DNA from: Saccostrea cucullata
Taxonomy: Eukaryota
DNA length: 64,000 nucleotides
Direction of reading: 5' to 3'
NCBI RefSeq assembly: GCF_032062105.1
Contig: NW_026925910.1
Location: 496,001 to 560,000 of the forward strand
Below the pieces are notes generated by a model. It saw only the letters and a program-made list of their open reading frames with translations, made no database searches and was not told the DNA's origin. Position 1 is the stretch's first letter; every line of letters begins with the position of its first letter. This document shows positions 39,696 through 54,625 of the stretch, piece after piece. The translations under genes and the position numbers were made by a program.

Positions 39696-40759
39696 CGAGG
39701 GTTGATCCAAAAGTTCGTGGAATTTCTTAATATTTCATTCATTTATAAGTGAAATTGGTTGAAAATTACAAATGAGAATAAAGACACTTATTGAATATTT
39801 TAAATTAAAAAATGTTTTAAATATTTGTGATAGTAACTCTATGGCAGTTGCCATAGAAACGGATGTTTGGAAATGCGGGAGAGACATCTACGCGTTTATT
39901 ATCATTTTAATTCTTAATACTTGAAATGAGAATTAAACCGCTCTTCGTGTTATAGAAAACGAAAATTATGTCATTATTACGATTGCTTCATCTTTTATAA
40001 AACTTTGTGTGTGTATTTTACTGATTTTACTGGATATTTTGTTTATTAGTTGATAATTTATTGTTCATCTTAAGGTTGTTAAACAGACGTCAAATTTCGG
40101 TCAAGTCATAAGTTTTGTGAAAATACCGGAATCACTCTATCTTAAATGCGTATATTATTGACATAGACTGAGGAAAAATGCATTTAGCCACTGGTTTTCC
40201 AGTGGCGTAAGAAAATGAAGAAAAATAGAACCTTCATGGACGTTGATTAAAGGTGTGGCTGCCTTTTTGAGGCTCTTTTTTAAGTGTCGTCCCCCTTGAT
40301 AAATTGAAAGCATTATTATACGTTGTCGACTGACGTACTGTTCTTGACATTGCTACTGAAATCGGAACATCATATGGAAAGATGGGGGGTATTTTGAAAT
40401 ATGAGTAAAAAATGAGGATAATTTGGTGCGAGGGCATACCCAGGCTTTTCTTGAGAAAAAAAAATGGAGAAAAGGGCAGCATTTTGAAGAATTATGTGTT
40501 CGAATTTGACATTAGGGTGAGATGATTCTATAACGTGACGTGACATACCTAACTTGACGTTACGTCGAAGTCTCCCCCGGGTTTCACAACCATCCATTTT
40601 CAGAAAGCTCTTGTGACCTTATTGGTAATTGGAACGTGGTGAAATTTTCCAGTATTGTTGCATTATGACTCTATTTTATAAATATGCCTATTGTTTGCTT
40701 TTGTCAAATCATGATAAAATTTTAAAAAGAAATTCCACGAACTTTTGGATCAACCCTCG
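39696..40759 (+). mobile_element. Decayed mariner (Tc1/mariner) element
   Basis: Perfect ~31-bp TIR CGAGGGTTGATCCAAAAGTTCGTGGAATTTC with TA TSDs. Internal HTH-like transposase relic (~RTVLDIATEIGTSYG) near 40335-40380. Confidence 0.85.
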
Positions 40760-43700
40760 TATATGTTATTGAGAGAGAGAGGGAGAGAGAGAGAGTATGA
40801 CTGACATTTGTTTTTGATTTTAAACATGAAAACAATATAGATTTCAGTGTTTCAAAATTTGAAAAAATATAAAATAGTCATTTTATGTACAGACAGATTT
40901 GTACCAACATGTTTTTCTTGCAAATTTGAAAAGAAAATGATGGCACCCATCATTTTAAATGTTCATTTTTGAATGTACTGTCAGAGCATTTTGATTACCC
41001 AGGTGTTGCCCTTTATGTTCTGTATAAGTATTTATTATGGGCAAAAATACCTTCATTTAAGAAATGAAACTTTTTAAATGTTCATATTTGAGCGGTTTAT
41101 GCACTGTCAGTTGAAATTAGCTTCATTCCTTATAATTTAATTTGTATAGACAATAAGACAATTTTTCCCCAGAATAAGGCTTCAAATTGTGCATTATTTT
41201 AAAAGTAACATCAAGCTTTATACGTAATTCATTGTGTATATGTTATCCAAAATATTATATGTTCCTCTGAATGATTCAGCCAATGAAATAGCTTGATACA
41301 CGTGAAATTAAATTATTTCAATTGAATGTTACATTAATTAAACTGTTACTTTGATATCATACATGTATAAAACAAGGTTGTTTAATATTTTTTAGCACAT
41401 GTACATGCATTTTTGTTGCAATATGAAGTATTCATAACCATAGTATGTAGTGGAATGTATTTATGTGTGTAGATTCATGATTAAAGATCTCAAACTTTAG
41501 GAAATTGTGTATTAAAAAGAATCATATTTGTTCCTTTGAATGGATTTAAACCTGGTAGCTCTGGCATGCCAGTGCGCTGTCTACCTACTCCTACAAGTAA
41601 GAGCCTCGGTTAACTTCCCTATGCTCCTTATATACGCGGCGCCAAGTCAAAAGTATCTCGCCGTGAACCTCTAGCATGCTGGAGTAGCTGTCTACCAATC
41701 ATGCTGAAGGCTCGATCCGCTAGCCCAAATTAGTAGGATGCCATATGTCCAACACTATCATACTGTCCCACTCCTTCTGGGTAGAAATGTCCTCATCTCT
41801 TTTAGAGTGCTGATGCCTACGTGGTGAAGTTCTTGGGAGAATCACTTTCATCCACCAGATAAAAATAGGATCCCTACAAGGATGCCAAATGGCAGTTCCA
41901 TTATGAATTTTAATATGTTGATTGAATTTTTTTTAATGCTAGCTGTTGTCATATCATCCCAAATTTTCAGGTGACCTATTGCTAGCAGTTTTTGTTTGTC
42001 ATCATTTGTGAAAATTGTGAAGTTCAACATTTTCAATTTCTCTGTAACTGCTTGTTGAACCACATGGTATTTACCCATTAATGGCAAAGGGGAACAAACA
42101 TTGTGAATTTCATGCTCTCTGCCCCACTGGGGCATGATGGATGGGATGAAAACCATCAGAATCTTCTTCTTTACCCCTGGACATCAAGCAAACAAACTTG
42201 GCATGATGATATGCTCTCTATCAAGATTATGAAAGAATGGAGGCATACACGGCAAGGATAATACCTCACTCATGAAAAGTTACATTTTTCAAAAATTGTA
42301 TTTTCAATTTCACTTCCTTTATTTTACTGAATAGCTTACTAGTATTTAGAAATAATTTATTTTTTACATTATATTTTTTTAAGGTATATGGGAAAGATGA
42401 AAAAAAAAGCTCTATATGGGATTTTAACCTGCGCACCAAATAAACATGGTGCACTACTATGTACACCATTAAGTTTCTCGGTGCGATTTCAATGAACAAG
42501 TGTTTATTGATGCATAAAATTGTCACAAATGTTAAATTCTGAATTTTTAAAAAATAATGGAACTTTCCTGTCAAAGAAAGAGTGCACATGCGTACAAGGC
42601 ATGGACAATCCCCTGCTCTGAGATAATATTATGTTTCTCAATTTTCAAAATTCAAAGGAAAGTTATATTTTTCTAAAATCATGTTCTCAGTAATGTCGTC
42701 TTCAAAACATTTCATTTTATTTTGCTGAACGACTTATCATTTGACAATCTTTTTTTCAAAGTTGAGAGTTTAGTATATTTAGTCAAAAATTGGTTTACTA
42801 GAGCCATAAAAATGAATTTTGAACATGAATTGGTCAAGTCTCCATTCTTCGTTAATGCTTAAATGATGGAATTTTCAAATGTAAATGTGAAATCTATTTC
42901 ATTTGTCCAAGAAATGGAATTCTATATGAAAATGGAATATTTCTGGAAAAACTAAATTACACTGACAGACATCGATAATGCATCAACTTCGTAGAGTAGT
43001 GGCGAACGCAGTCTGTCTTGCACCAAACCCTGTGCTTTGGAGAGAGTTCAAACCATGCGTGAAGCTTTCTTTTTTGTTTTCACATATTTTAAAACATGTC
43101 AATGACTGAAAAATAAATTATTAAAACAATGAAATACAGAATTAAATGTGTGAAAGATTATATAAACCATATTATTTTGAAAAATACATGTATAGTTTTC
43201 AAGAACTTTAAGAATTGAGAAAAGTCTTTTCTCAGTACAGTGGGGTATTGTCCTTGCCTGGTACGCCTCCCTTCTTAAAAGTTAATGTATACTAGACTAC
43301 ATGTCTTGGAATAAAACTTCACCCATTCATATTCAAAATTCATTTTTTTTTTATGGCTCAGAAAATCCCATTTTCCACTGTAACTAGGCCTGGAGTAGTA
43401 TTTTGAAAACATTTCAAAGAAATTTCCATTATTAGTAACTATGGCAATGCCATTCATCGAAATCGAAAATCGCTATACATAATTATGCATCTTAGTGTCA
43501 TCTGCTTGTGTGCCAATTTATATATTGACATTAGACCAAAACTGTAGGGGGGAGGGGAAATGTTCACAGACAAACACCTTACTATTGCATGAGCTCTTCT
43601 GGTCTTTAACCAGTGGAGTTAAAAATTACCGGTACTGCAAATTAACATGATAAGGCATTATTTCAAATTCTGCAAAGATTACAAAAGATATAAAATTTTA

Positions 43701-44300
43701 TGTATTTTATTTAACATCCATCATATACATGTATCCATTAACAAAAACATATTTACACGTATAAATGGATTTCATCCATCACACCTTGTTCAAAATTTAC
43801 ATTTACTCTCAAAGTTCAGTCGCATAACACAACATTCACACACTGCTGTCAATAAATAACATTAAACTTTCAGTTTCTGTGATGCAACTTGCAAGTAGTT
43901 TGGCAGCATAATCATTCAGCATTACCAATTTCCTTTTCAACACTCTTCACACCATGGTCATGAGGAAATGGCAGCATTTTCACAACTTATACACATCAAA
44001 ACTCAAAACTTTCTACAAGATCTGTTGTGAAATTCACAGTAAATGATTCGTTAAAAAAATAATTATGCTACATGATGTATTCACCAACACAAGCACACTT
44101 CTGGAGGGTAACAGTTGCCTCCGATTTACAAGACAAAACGATGTCAAATGTACACACAGTTAACATTTCCTACTGAATTTAGCACTTGCATGAAAAAAAT
44201 AATTTTTAAGGAAAAAAAAATTTTCAGAGACCATCAAATGATAATGAAAAATGGAGATAAAAAATGGAAAGTGTCCAGATAACCTAATGATAAACTGTTT

Positions 44301-46925
<2,625 letters not shown>

Positions 46926-47844
46926 TTCTAAAACAAAATGTCACCATTAAATCCCTCGCAAGTCAGAAAAACTTGTGGACAATCAAAATACTTCTACCTT
47001 TCAAGATCAGCGATTTTGTATATATTTATGCTAGGTTTTACTAATCCTCCTTTATTCATTCACCCAACACATTCTAATTTGGTTAGAACTAATAAGGCAC
47101 AATGTTGGATTCAAGGGTTGCAATGATTCCATTTTTAATAAGCTGAAAAAAAATTATGCTTAAAGTCAAGTGAAATATTACAAAATCTTGAACTGAGAAT
47201 CATATATACATGTATTTAATCTGAATTAAGTTCCCCCTCTAAGTTTTTCTTTAATAAAATTTAGATATTTCATGAAAGTTCTGTTTGTCATGTTTAGGGT
47301 CTTGGGGTCTCCACTACCTAGAACTCAACATCCAGTGTGGCAACTTCTACTTTAAAAAATAACTAAGGTGAAGTCCACAGCAAAAAATTTAATTAAATAT
47401 GTTTAGGTAGTTCATATGGGGTCCAGTTAAGATGCATATGGCATGAGTTGAAGCAGGCCTACCCAACCTAAGTTCACCAATAATTTAACAGTTAATCTTC
47501 TATCAACCTTAACGTTTTTAACATTTTCATTGAAATATGCCTATAAGATATGTCAATAATTCAACTAAAATGTATTCTCCTATGCCTCAATACATTTTCA
47601 GTTGACAATTCACAGCTGAGAAAATGCCGGCAAAATGCCGGTAGTAACATGTTCGCTATCTAGGCCCTATCTGAATTACTTACAAACTGATATATATCTA
47701 AATTTTTGATTACTTACTGTCTATTTTAATTTAAGTTCGTTCTTTTCTCGGTTTCCTCCAAACTTCGACTTATATCTTTTCCACCTGTCAAACAGAATGC
47801 CAAATACTTACACGCGTGTACTTTCTTCTTACAGCACTACCAGT

Positions 47845-47995
47845 CGTGTCGAATTTTCATTGGCTACCGTAATGTTCACTATGAAATTTCATTGGATAAA
47901 CTTAACATACTCCCATTCATATCTCAAGGACACGTATAACTTCGACAAACTACGTAAATCAAGAATATCGAGAATTGCCGAGAACAATCGAGAAT
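47845..47995 (-). promoter_or_regulatory. BiP promoter: ERSE-like element, second CCAAT box and HSE-like arrays
   Basis: Minus strand 47863-47845 reads CCAAT-GAAAATTCG-ACACG (ERSE consensus CCAAT-N9-CCACG, one mismatch). Second CCAAT at 47895-47891. nGAAnnTTCn next to both boxes. GAA repeats every 10 bp at 47972, 47982 and 47992. Confidence 0.6.
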
Positions 47996-48850
47996 TTAAA
48001 ATTTCATCAGCAAAAACTGTTTACATATGATTTCAAAGAATCATGTCCAAGTTTCATTACGTAATTGTTATAGCTTATCTAATTTTATTCTACATTAAAA
48101 CTTGTCTTTACTTTCTTAGTTCGTTGTACGTTGTTGATTTCGTATTTAAGTGCAAAATGTTCCAGAAAAATTACTGTGCATCAAGTTTCATTATAATAAT
48201 GAATTATTTTTTGCAATACGTTTGTAAAAAAAAATATTTGTGTGCTTTCTGAAGACTTCATATGAAAATAAAACATGTTTACGTATTTATTCTATAGTAC
48301 GCCTTAATCTAAATAAGCAGTTCGTGACTGCGCATGCCTTCCACACGAACACGTGCTCCATTCCAGGAGCCTCACTCCAGACGGGAAGGGTAGGACGAAG
48401 ATGTATAGATGCAGATATGCATCCTTATCCTTGTCCTGGTGCGTGTAACCGTAAAGTATGTATTCTCTGTACTTTTTTTTTTTTAGGATTTCAATATTTT
48501 AGTTGAATGACAATTGGCCACATACCTTTCTTCGAAAGATGAATAGAGCTAGAAACTTATCAATGCATTTTTGGTAGAGCAGAGTTCTTTTAAATGTGAA
48601 TTGTTGAATATCGGTCCAAACCAATATTTAGACCATATTGATACCCAATAAGGCCTTTTTCAAGTGTTGAAATCTCTTGATTTAGCTATAGATTCAAATG
48701 AGCTTAATTAAAATTGTATACAGTGTTACACAAAAAAAGTCAAATAGACAAAGCCACAAGTAGTAGACAGTAGTTCAGTTGGAAAGAGGAAAAAGAATTC
48801 CAAAGAGATAGTCTAAGCATTGTTGCTTTTGAACATTAAGCAAAACTTTA

Positions 48851-49257
48851 AACAGGTTAGGACCACTCGCCCAAATGGGATATAATAGTCCATTTGGGAT
48901 ATAATATCCCAAATGAGCCTTAAATTTACAGTGCAAAAATTGAAATTAAATTCGCAACAGGACACTTAAAAAGGAATAACTTTTGATTGACAAGTTTTGC
49001 TGTATGCCCATTGTTTAGGAGATTGATCCCTCGGAAGTTCCGCAACTTCTTGTGGATCAATCTAACAAACAGTAGGGTTGCAGAAAAACTTGCTTACCAA
49101 AAGTTATTCCATTTTAAGTGTTTTGATGCGGATTTATGATATTTATTATCAAAATAAAAATTTTCAATTTTTGCACAGTAAATTTATAGCCCATTTGGGA
49201 TATTATATCCCAAACGGACTATTATATCCCATTTGGGCGATTGGTCCCAACCTGTTA
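48851..49257. mobile_element. ~400-bp near-palindromic MITE
   Basis: AACAGGTTAGGACCACTCGCCCAAATGGGATATAATAGTCC... mirrored by ...GGACTATTATATCCCATTTGGGCGATTGGTCCCAACCTGTT over almost its whole length. Confidence 0.85.
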
Positions 49258-49393
49258 AAGATGTATTTCCATTCAGTGAATTGGTAAGTACACAACCTTG
49301 AGTGTGTGTTGAATATAGTGAGTGAGGTAAATCAATATACTCTTATTACATACAGTTTTAATGGTTAATGTTCATGGAAGTAAAAAGACCAGA

Positions 49394-49475
49394 AGAGTGC
49401 AGATGATGAGATCATAGTTCATCAGAAATTAATTGAAGACCACAAAATGTCTTTCGCTTCTAGCTGATGCACTCT
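49394..49475 (+). ncRNA. SNORD80: Box C/D snoRNA SNORD80/snR60/Z15 family (double guide, 28S)
   Basis: 8-bp terminal stem AGAGTGCA/TGCACTCT; C ATGATGA; D' guide CATAGTTCA + CAGA; C' TTGAAGA; D guide GTCTTTCGCTTCTA + CTGA. The guides pair with 28S UGAACUAUG and UAGGGGCGAAAGAC. Confidence 0.9.
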
Positions 49476-50027
49476 AAAATCTGAAAAGGGCATCCCATTT
49501 CACTGACATTACATATTCTGTTTAGAAAGATATATGAATCATTTCAGGGCCCAGTGAATGCAATTGTCATTTGAATTGATGATTGGACAACATTACCAGA
49601 ATTTGAAGAAAGTAGGGTAAGAATGGTATTTCTTTAAAATAAAAAGTGTATTCCAGTGCTTTCCGTAAGAACCGGCCACCGGCCAAATTGACCACTGCAA
49701 ATGACAAAAATGCCATTTTGAAATAAAAATTTATAGTCAGGTCCACAGATTCTGTTCATAAACCTCAGCCCCTAGTTTGTTGCAATTTTTCTCTAGCCCT
49801 TTACTTTGTAATAATGGGAAAACACTGGTAGTCATTTAGAAATTAAAAATTCAAAGCTATTTTTGATGTATCTTGGTATTCTTGATGTATAAAATTGTAA
49901 TAAAAATCATGGTTGAACTTTGTTGAGCCAGTTTTATTTTTGATGAAAAAGTTTGCAAGTTCATTCTCAGAAAGTAATTATTTTGATTTTAAACATGCAG
50001 CATCTGTAGATATAGCATAAATATAAT

Positions 50028-50127
50028 GACAGGTAGTGATGATGAAAGCTTTTTCTCCATTCGCGGTTTCCACCAGAGATTTTTCGATGATGGACCAATC
50101 CTTCCTTGGATGTCTGAACTACCTGTT
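50028..50127 (+). ncRNA. SNORD14: U14 snoRNA copy 1
   Basis: C GTGATGA (50036); domain A CATTCGCGGTTTCCACC (pairs 18S GAAACCGCGAAUG); domain B CCTTCCTTGGATGT + D box CTGA (pairs 18S ACAUCCAAGGAAGG); terminal stem ACAGGTAGT/ACTACCTGT. Confidence 0.95.
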
Positions 50128-50611
50128 GTTAAAATATATATATATATATATTTACCCCTTTTTGATAACATTAACTCTTGTGAAAATAAAATTTATGACA
50201 GTTGGTATCTCTGTTATAAAGTTCATTTTCAAGTTTAAAGGGAACAAAATAGATAATTCGTAATTGCTGTTCTGTTTATAATGTATTTTTTTTAAACGTA
50301 AGGAAAATCTAGCAAATAGGAGGACCAAGATCACTTGTGACAAAATTTCTTTTATGACTTTCTAATGGACTAATTTCAAATATATATGTTTAACTACAAT
50401 ATTAATGTTCCTTACCACCAGAGTTTTGGGGGTTATGTTAGTTTAATAGATAATCTTAATGTTTAATAATTTTCTAATCTTATACTGTAATCATTGCAGT
50501 CTACGCTGAAGTTACCTTCTTCGGTCAGTTTTAATATCGAGTGCCACTGTGGTGGTGTTGGAAGGGAAAGTGGTAAGAATATTCTACCAAAGTGGAAATT
50601 TTTTTAACAGT

Positions 50612-50681
50612 TGTCAAAGGGATGAAAGCTTTACAAATTACTGATTTGTGATGTTTGTATTATTAGCTCTATCTGATTGGC
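50612..50681 (+). ncRNA. SNORD44: Box C/D snoRNA SNORD44-like (18S Am166 equivalent)
   Basis: Variant C GGGATGA; D' CTGA; C' GTGATGT; 11-nt guide TATTAGCTCTA + T + CTGA, complementary to 18S UAGAGCUAAUA; stem GTCAA/TTGGC. Sits in a 185-nt intron (50573-50757). Confidence 0.8.
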
Positions 50682-50857
50682 CTCGATGCAGTATTGTCTG
50701 AAAAGCAAGCAAACTCTTCAGTGCAGTTAATTAATATCGTGTGAAATTATTTTGCAGGAAAAGGAGAAGAAATTATTCAATCTATAAACAAGGTAATTAT
50801 TTGAAAAGTTACAAACCAGGAGAATTATTTCTTGAAGTCAATAACATGATTAAGATT

Positions 50858-50956
50858 TCAGGTAGTGATGATGAAAATTTTTTTCTCCATTCGCGGTTTC
50901 CACCAGAGATTTTTCGATGATGGACCAATCCTTCCTTGGATGTCTGAACTACCTGA
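50858..50956 (+). ncRNA. SNORD14: U14 snoRNA copy 2
   Basis: Near-identical to copy 1; stem TCAGGTAGT/ACTACCTGA. Confidence 0.95.
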
Positions 50957-51987
50957 CTTCAAAATCAAATGGAATTTTTTTTTTTACTAGATTTATAGTT
51001 ATACTATATTAAAATGATCAATAAATGAGTCTGATATAGTGTCAATATATAGCCAGCCATTTAACAGATACAGTAAAAGTTATAACGAAGTCACTGGGAC
51101 CTATTAAATTACTTCCCTATATCCATGAATTTGCAATGTCCGTGTTCGCACTAACCGAGTTTTACTGTACCCATATTCAAACTTGTATATGAAAAATAAT
51201 CAATTGATCTGGTTTGAAAAATAAGCAAGGAATACAACATTTTAAAGGGAATGAAACAAATCCTTTCCAATTTAACCTAACAGTGAAAAAATTTTGATTT
51301 AGGCATATCATCGGCACACTTAATTATTATCGTACCTTATAAACGATTGCATAATACTTTTTCTTTGCACTATATAACCCATAACCAGCATTGTTTCGCA
51401 TAGTAATTTACAAAGGATTTATATACGTAAAAAAAACAATTAAAAAAATTAAGATAAGACAGGCTAAATAGCTGGGTATGTGAAACATTTTGACAGAAAA
51501 TTCAAACACAGTTGAGTAAATAGTTCTTCCGTCGTTCCGACTGTCCTCGATTTCTTTTTTTTTCATCGAGCATGTTCATGATGTTGGTATCTTTATTATC
51601 GATGCACAGAGTTTCTTGGACTCATTTTCGAGGCAAAATGTAATTCCCAAATGCATTAATGTTTTTAAAAAATTACGTTTACTATGCAGAATTATCATTC
51701 ATTGTTACCTGCTAAAAGTGATGAAATCTAGTATTGTTATAAATATATATAAATTTTAAATTGTTTTATTAAGTAATGTGTACTTAAGAAAATAAATATA
51801 ATTTTACACTTAAGATTAAAAATAAACAAAATAATTCTTCTGCCGGAAATATCTGAAAAAGTTTTCCACAGCTCTGCCTGAACCCATTTTAGTCTACTCA
51901 TTCTTCATAACTGTTCCATTTGATCTTGAATGTATTGTTACAGTATTAATAATGCACTGAATGATTAAAAATCTTATTGTACTAATA

Positions 51988-52061
51988 AATGAATGATGAA
52001 AAATCTTGTGGGAATCTCTCTGACAATACAATGAAGAGATCAATACAAGTATCTGACACTT
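51988..52061 (+). ncRNA. SNORD79: Box C/D snoRNA SNORD79-like (28S guide)
   Basis: C ATGATGA (51993); D' guide GTGGGAATCTC + T + CTGA, complementary to 28S GAGAUUCCCAC; C' ATGAAGA; D CTGA (52053); 82 nt upstream of the acceptor tattgcag. Confidence 0.85.
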
Positions 52062-52186
52062 GAAACTTCTAGTATATAATAATCAGATGTCTATTCTGTT
52101 TCTTTTGCTCATCAATTTGTATGTACATTGTATTGCAGGTTTCGGATAGAATAATGTAAATACTCACCAAAAGAATAAGGACTTGG

Positions 52187-52992
52187 GCCATCCTTAAAAA
52201 ATTTATTTTTTGCGGTAACACGCCTCATCATTTTAGATGTGAGTAGGTAGGTAGGCTTTTTTTTTTTGAGACAAAATGTCAGAAATAAATTTCGATTATA
52301 TAGAGGTATTAAGTATGTCTTAGATTTCACCTTACTAATCAAACAAGAAAATTAAAGCATTCTAAATGAATTCAATCTTTTATTGCTCAAATATCGGAAC
52401 ACATCAGTTCTCTTTAGGCAAACTTTTTCAAAGAAAGTGACTCTCATCAGCCACGTACCTCAAATAACTGACTCCACACTAATCTAGTGTTTCGGGGGTG
52501 TGATATATATGAGGTTTAAGATTTTGATAGTTTATTAATTAGCTGCAAATTCATCATCCCACATGGAACTGTTGCCACCAATTTGATATTTTAAACATCA
52601 TACCATGTATCTGTAAGGTGGAACTGACGCACGATATTTTGGACTAGCAATTAAGATGTTTTTCCTTTCAAATTCACTGTAACTGACAGAACTATAGAGT
52701 CAATATTTCCCGCAACCTTCGCCTACGCCATCTCTAAATTTGTAGATCACAAAAACATTTTAATAGTACTTGGGGAAAGATAAAGCGTCGGTGTAACCGA
52801 GGCGTAAAAAAAATATATCAATCGGATAAAAACGGCATAAGTGCAATGGAGACGTAAAAAAATATTAATCGGATAAAAACGGAAAATGGATACATAAAAA
52901 AAAAAAGATTTTTGAACAGATAAAAAAAAAATCCAGTCGGGTGGTTTTGGACAGAATAATGTAAAAACTCACCAAAAGAATAAGGATGGCCT
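52187..52992. mobile_element. Non-autonomous DNA transposon inside the snoRNA host gene
   Basis: GGCCATCCTTA ... TAAGGATGGCC termini. The right-end sequence agaataatgtaaa..ctcaccaaaagaataagg is duplicated at ~52149-52180. Confidence 0.6.
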
Positions 52993-53193
52993 TGGCTGCT
53001 AGCTATTTACACAAAAGGTACTGGTACATTTTTTCCACATGTTGACATGAAAGGTAGAAAAAAACGAATTTATGAAATTTCAAAATAACAATTGCAACTA
53101 CGTAATATCTAGGTCGTGTAAATTATCATGAAGTCATTGCTGTCTAAAATTGGTACTATAAAGTTGAATGGAATAACCCAATGAAAAGCTTGT

Positions 53194-53289
53194 AAGGCAG
53201 TGATGATGAAAGTTTTTTCTCCATTCGCGGTTTCCACCAGAGATCCGTCGGTGATGGACCAATCCTTCCTTGGATGTCTGAACTGCCTT
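53194..53289 (+). ncRNA. SNORD14: U14 snoRNA copy 3
   Basis: Domains A and B are identical to copies 1-2. The terminal stem AAGGCAGT/ACTGCCTT shows a compensatory T-A to C-G change. Confidence 0.95.
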
Positions 53290-53982
53290 CTAAAATGATC
53301 ATAACTTTTAAAACAAAATAGTGAAATAATTTGCATTTCAAGCATGTTTGAGTAGGTCAATCGTATTTTTTCAGAACTGAAAAACCTTTCAAAATGTACT
53401 GAAAGAAATCAATTTTATGCTTCAATGCTGTAGAGTACAAACAAGCAAGATATTTACAATTTGGAACAAGACAATAAAATACTTCTACAGATCACTTAAA
53501 GTTCTAAGTTAAGAATATCATACTTCCAATTCTTAGTTTTAAGGAATCTGAGAAAAAAAATGAGAAATGTGTATCTGAAATAAAATTGGTGGTAAAGATG
53601 AGTTTAATTTATACATATTAGCTTAAGTGATGTTAGGATGGTAGTAAACCTTGATCAATTTTTCTTAACTAATATTTTGGTCAATACAATCATGATTGTC
53701 AGCTTAGTAGAAATGTGTTGTACTAGAAGAATTTAAAAGTCACTAGAAAGTGGATAATTGATGTTGCATTTCAACCAATAATAATAATATAGTCAGCTAA
53801 TCATAAAACATGACCTCATCTATATGTTTTTCAAATGACGATCAGTTACTTATTAGAGTTGAAAGCTGTGTAAGAGTGCATTACACTAAATGTTCAGCAC
53901 TATAGGGTTTATTCAGACATGCAAGTTCCATAAATACAAGTCTTAAGGTAGGAAATTATGAAAAGTGAAAGATTTTGTGTAA

Positions 53983-54042
53983 AGTAAATGATGATTAGAA
54001 CTTTCAGAATTCCTGAAGAGTTATCTGCGGATATCTGATACT
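53983..54042 (+). ncRNA. Compact box C/D snoRNA, family unassigned (probable 28S guide)
   Basis: Stem AGTA/TACT; C ATGATGA; D' CAGA; C' CTGAAGA; guide CTGCGGATAT + CTGA, complementary to conserved 28S AUAUCCGCAG. Confidence 0.7.
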
Positions 54043-54550
54043 GGACACAAAATGCTAGTCAATTGAAAACTGCTTTACCAATACTATATAGATGGATAGC
54101 TACTCTTGATTTAAAAACTTTAATTCAGTTTAATATCTACCTCATACTCATTCAAACTACCATAAAATATCTTGACAGCAATTTTGACTATTTTGTAGTC
54201 TTATTCAGTTGTTGTATGTGTCAGGGTATAGCTCATTGAAACCAAATTATGCCAAATAAGCCTTTAGATAACATTCTGACTAAGTCCATATCAGTCCTTG
54301 TTGAAATAGACATGTATTTAGGGGAGATTATGAAAATGGCACTAAGGTCTGATCATTGTAAACTTGATTATTTGAAGTGAAAAGATTTTGCAAAGATGAA
54401 GGATCATTGTAAGAAATTATTAGGACATTTTTCTAGCAAGCATGAATAACATTTTAACCAAAGTTGTAAAACTATAGGATGATCCAAGAATTTTTCATTG
54501 TAATATTAATTGTTAAAAAGATGAAAAATCATATGTATAAGATCTGGAGC

Positions 54551-54625
54551 TGCACAGTACATGATGAATTTGAACTCTCTCACTGATATTGGTGAGGACA
54601 ACATAATATCTGATCAAACTGTGCA
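54551..54625 (+). ncRNA. SNORD81: Box C/D snoRNA SNORD81-like (28S 5' region guide)
   Basis: 8-bp stem TGCACAGT/ACTGTGCA; C ATGATGA; guide TTGAACTCTCTC + A + CTGA (pairs 28S GAGAGAGUUCAA); C' GTGAGGA; AATATCTGA D box as in vertebrate U81. Confidence 0.9.

Noticed and set aside
41530-41850. tRNA-like A/B-box fragment on the minus strand (GGTTTAAATCC)
   Set aside because: No cloverleaf; probably a decayed SINE, too degenerate to call.
43038-43053. GAGAGAGTTCAAA, complementary to the SNORD81 guide
   Set aside because: Lies outside any evident transcript on that strand; a 13-nt match is plausibly chance.
49989-53360. Short minus-strand ORFs sharing GSSDIQGRIGPS..LWWKPRMEKKLSSSLP
   Set aside because: They are antisense translations of the U14 copies, not a repeated peptide.
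54095-54112. GCTACTCTTGA resembling SNORD76
   Set aside because: No upstream C box and only ~6 nt of the expected guide; likely chance.
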